From a virus (Duplodnaviria > Caudoviricetes): a stretch of 34,854 nucleotides of DNA. Each line of letters begins with the position of its first letter. The first letter of the stretch is position 1. Where the stretch lies: positions 1 to 34,854 of the IMG/VR virus record IMGVR_UViG_3300005764_000045. The stretch is one strand, 5' to 3'. Positions 34,511 through 34,854 of this stretch are shown piece by piece. A program made the position numbers and the translations under genes. The notes beneath the pieces were generated by a model, which worked only from the letters and a program-made list of their open reading frames with translations, was not told where the DNA came from and made no database searches.

Positions 34511-34762
34511 ATGGCCCTGTCAGCAAAGCAGCGCAACGCCCTGCCCGCCTCAGCCTTTGCCTACCCAGCCCAGCGGAAATACCCCGTGCCCACCGTGACC
34601 CAGGCCCGCCGCGTGGGCATCGGTGAGGCCCAGCGGCTAGGGCTGCACCGTGCCGCACTGTCCAGGGCAGGCCAGCGCGGCACCATGGGCACCTATGCGA
34701 AGGTGTCAGCGGTGGTCCGCAGGCGGTCAGGCGTGGCCGCCAGCTCCAGGCGCAGAGGCTAA
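34511..34762 (+). CDS. DUF6582-like small basic protein
   Basis: LSAKQRNALPASAFAYPAQRKYP...AALSR motif; AAGGA RBS. Confidence 0.65.
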   Translation: MALSAKQRNALPASAFAYPAQRKYPVPTVTQARRVGIGEAQRLGLHRAALSRAGQRGTMGTYAKVSAVVRRRSGVAASSRRRG

Positions 34763-34854
34763 CGGGCCAAAACCCTGGGCCAAACTGCGGGAATTTGTAA
34801 AATTTGTAACCGCCGACCCTGGGGTATGACCCCCTGGCCCCGCGCGACGGACAG

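Overview
Near-complete genome (about 35 kb, very GC-rich) of a temperate actinobacterial siphovirus or prophage. The left arm (1-17732, + strand) is a colinear virion and lysis cluster: large terminase, portal, MuF-like protein, scaffold, major capsid, head-tail joining proteins, major tail, frameshifting tail chaperones, tape measure with a transglycosylase domain, minor tails, holin and amidase endolysin. A small leftward cassette encodes a divergent Lsr2. The centre has a candidate attP and a large serine integrase. The right arm has an XRE HTH regulator, an exonuclease plus RecT-like pair, an adenine methylase, an Hjc-like resolvase, a replication initiator with internal iterons, an HNH nuclease, many small Cys-rich ORFs and a secreted lectin-like protein. 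The small terminase and the cos junction are not visible. Most unusual items: (1) a Dit-like protein with nine tandem 23-24 aa repeats next to a 133-aa subunit gene, possibly a ruler-templated segmented fibre; (2) a multi-hairpin RNA leader that buries the capsid RBS; (3) a genome-wide GGGCMA-NN-TGGCCC palindrome placed identically upstream of two promoters; (4) an Lsr2 lacking its AT-hook; (5) extreme CCGG depletion; (6) no divergent immunity repressor, but a structured intergenic region between int and the HTH gene. All family calls are by motif recognition only; no database searches were run.
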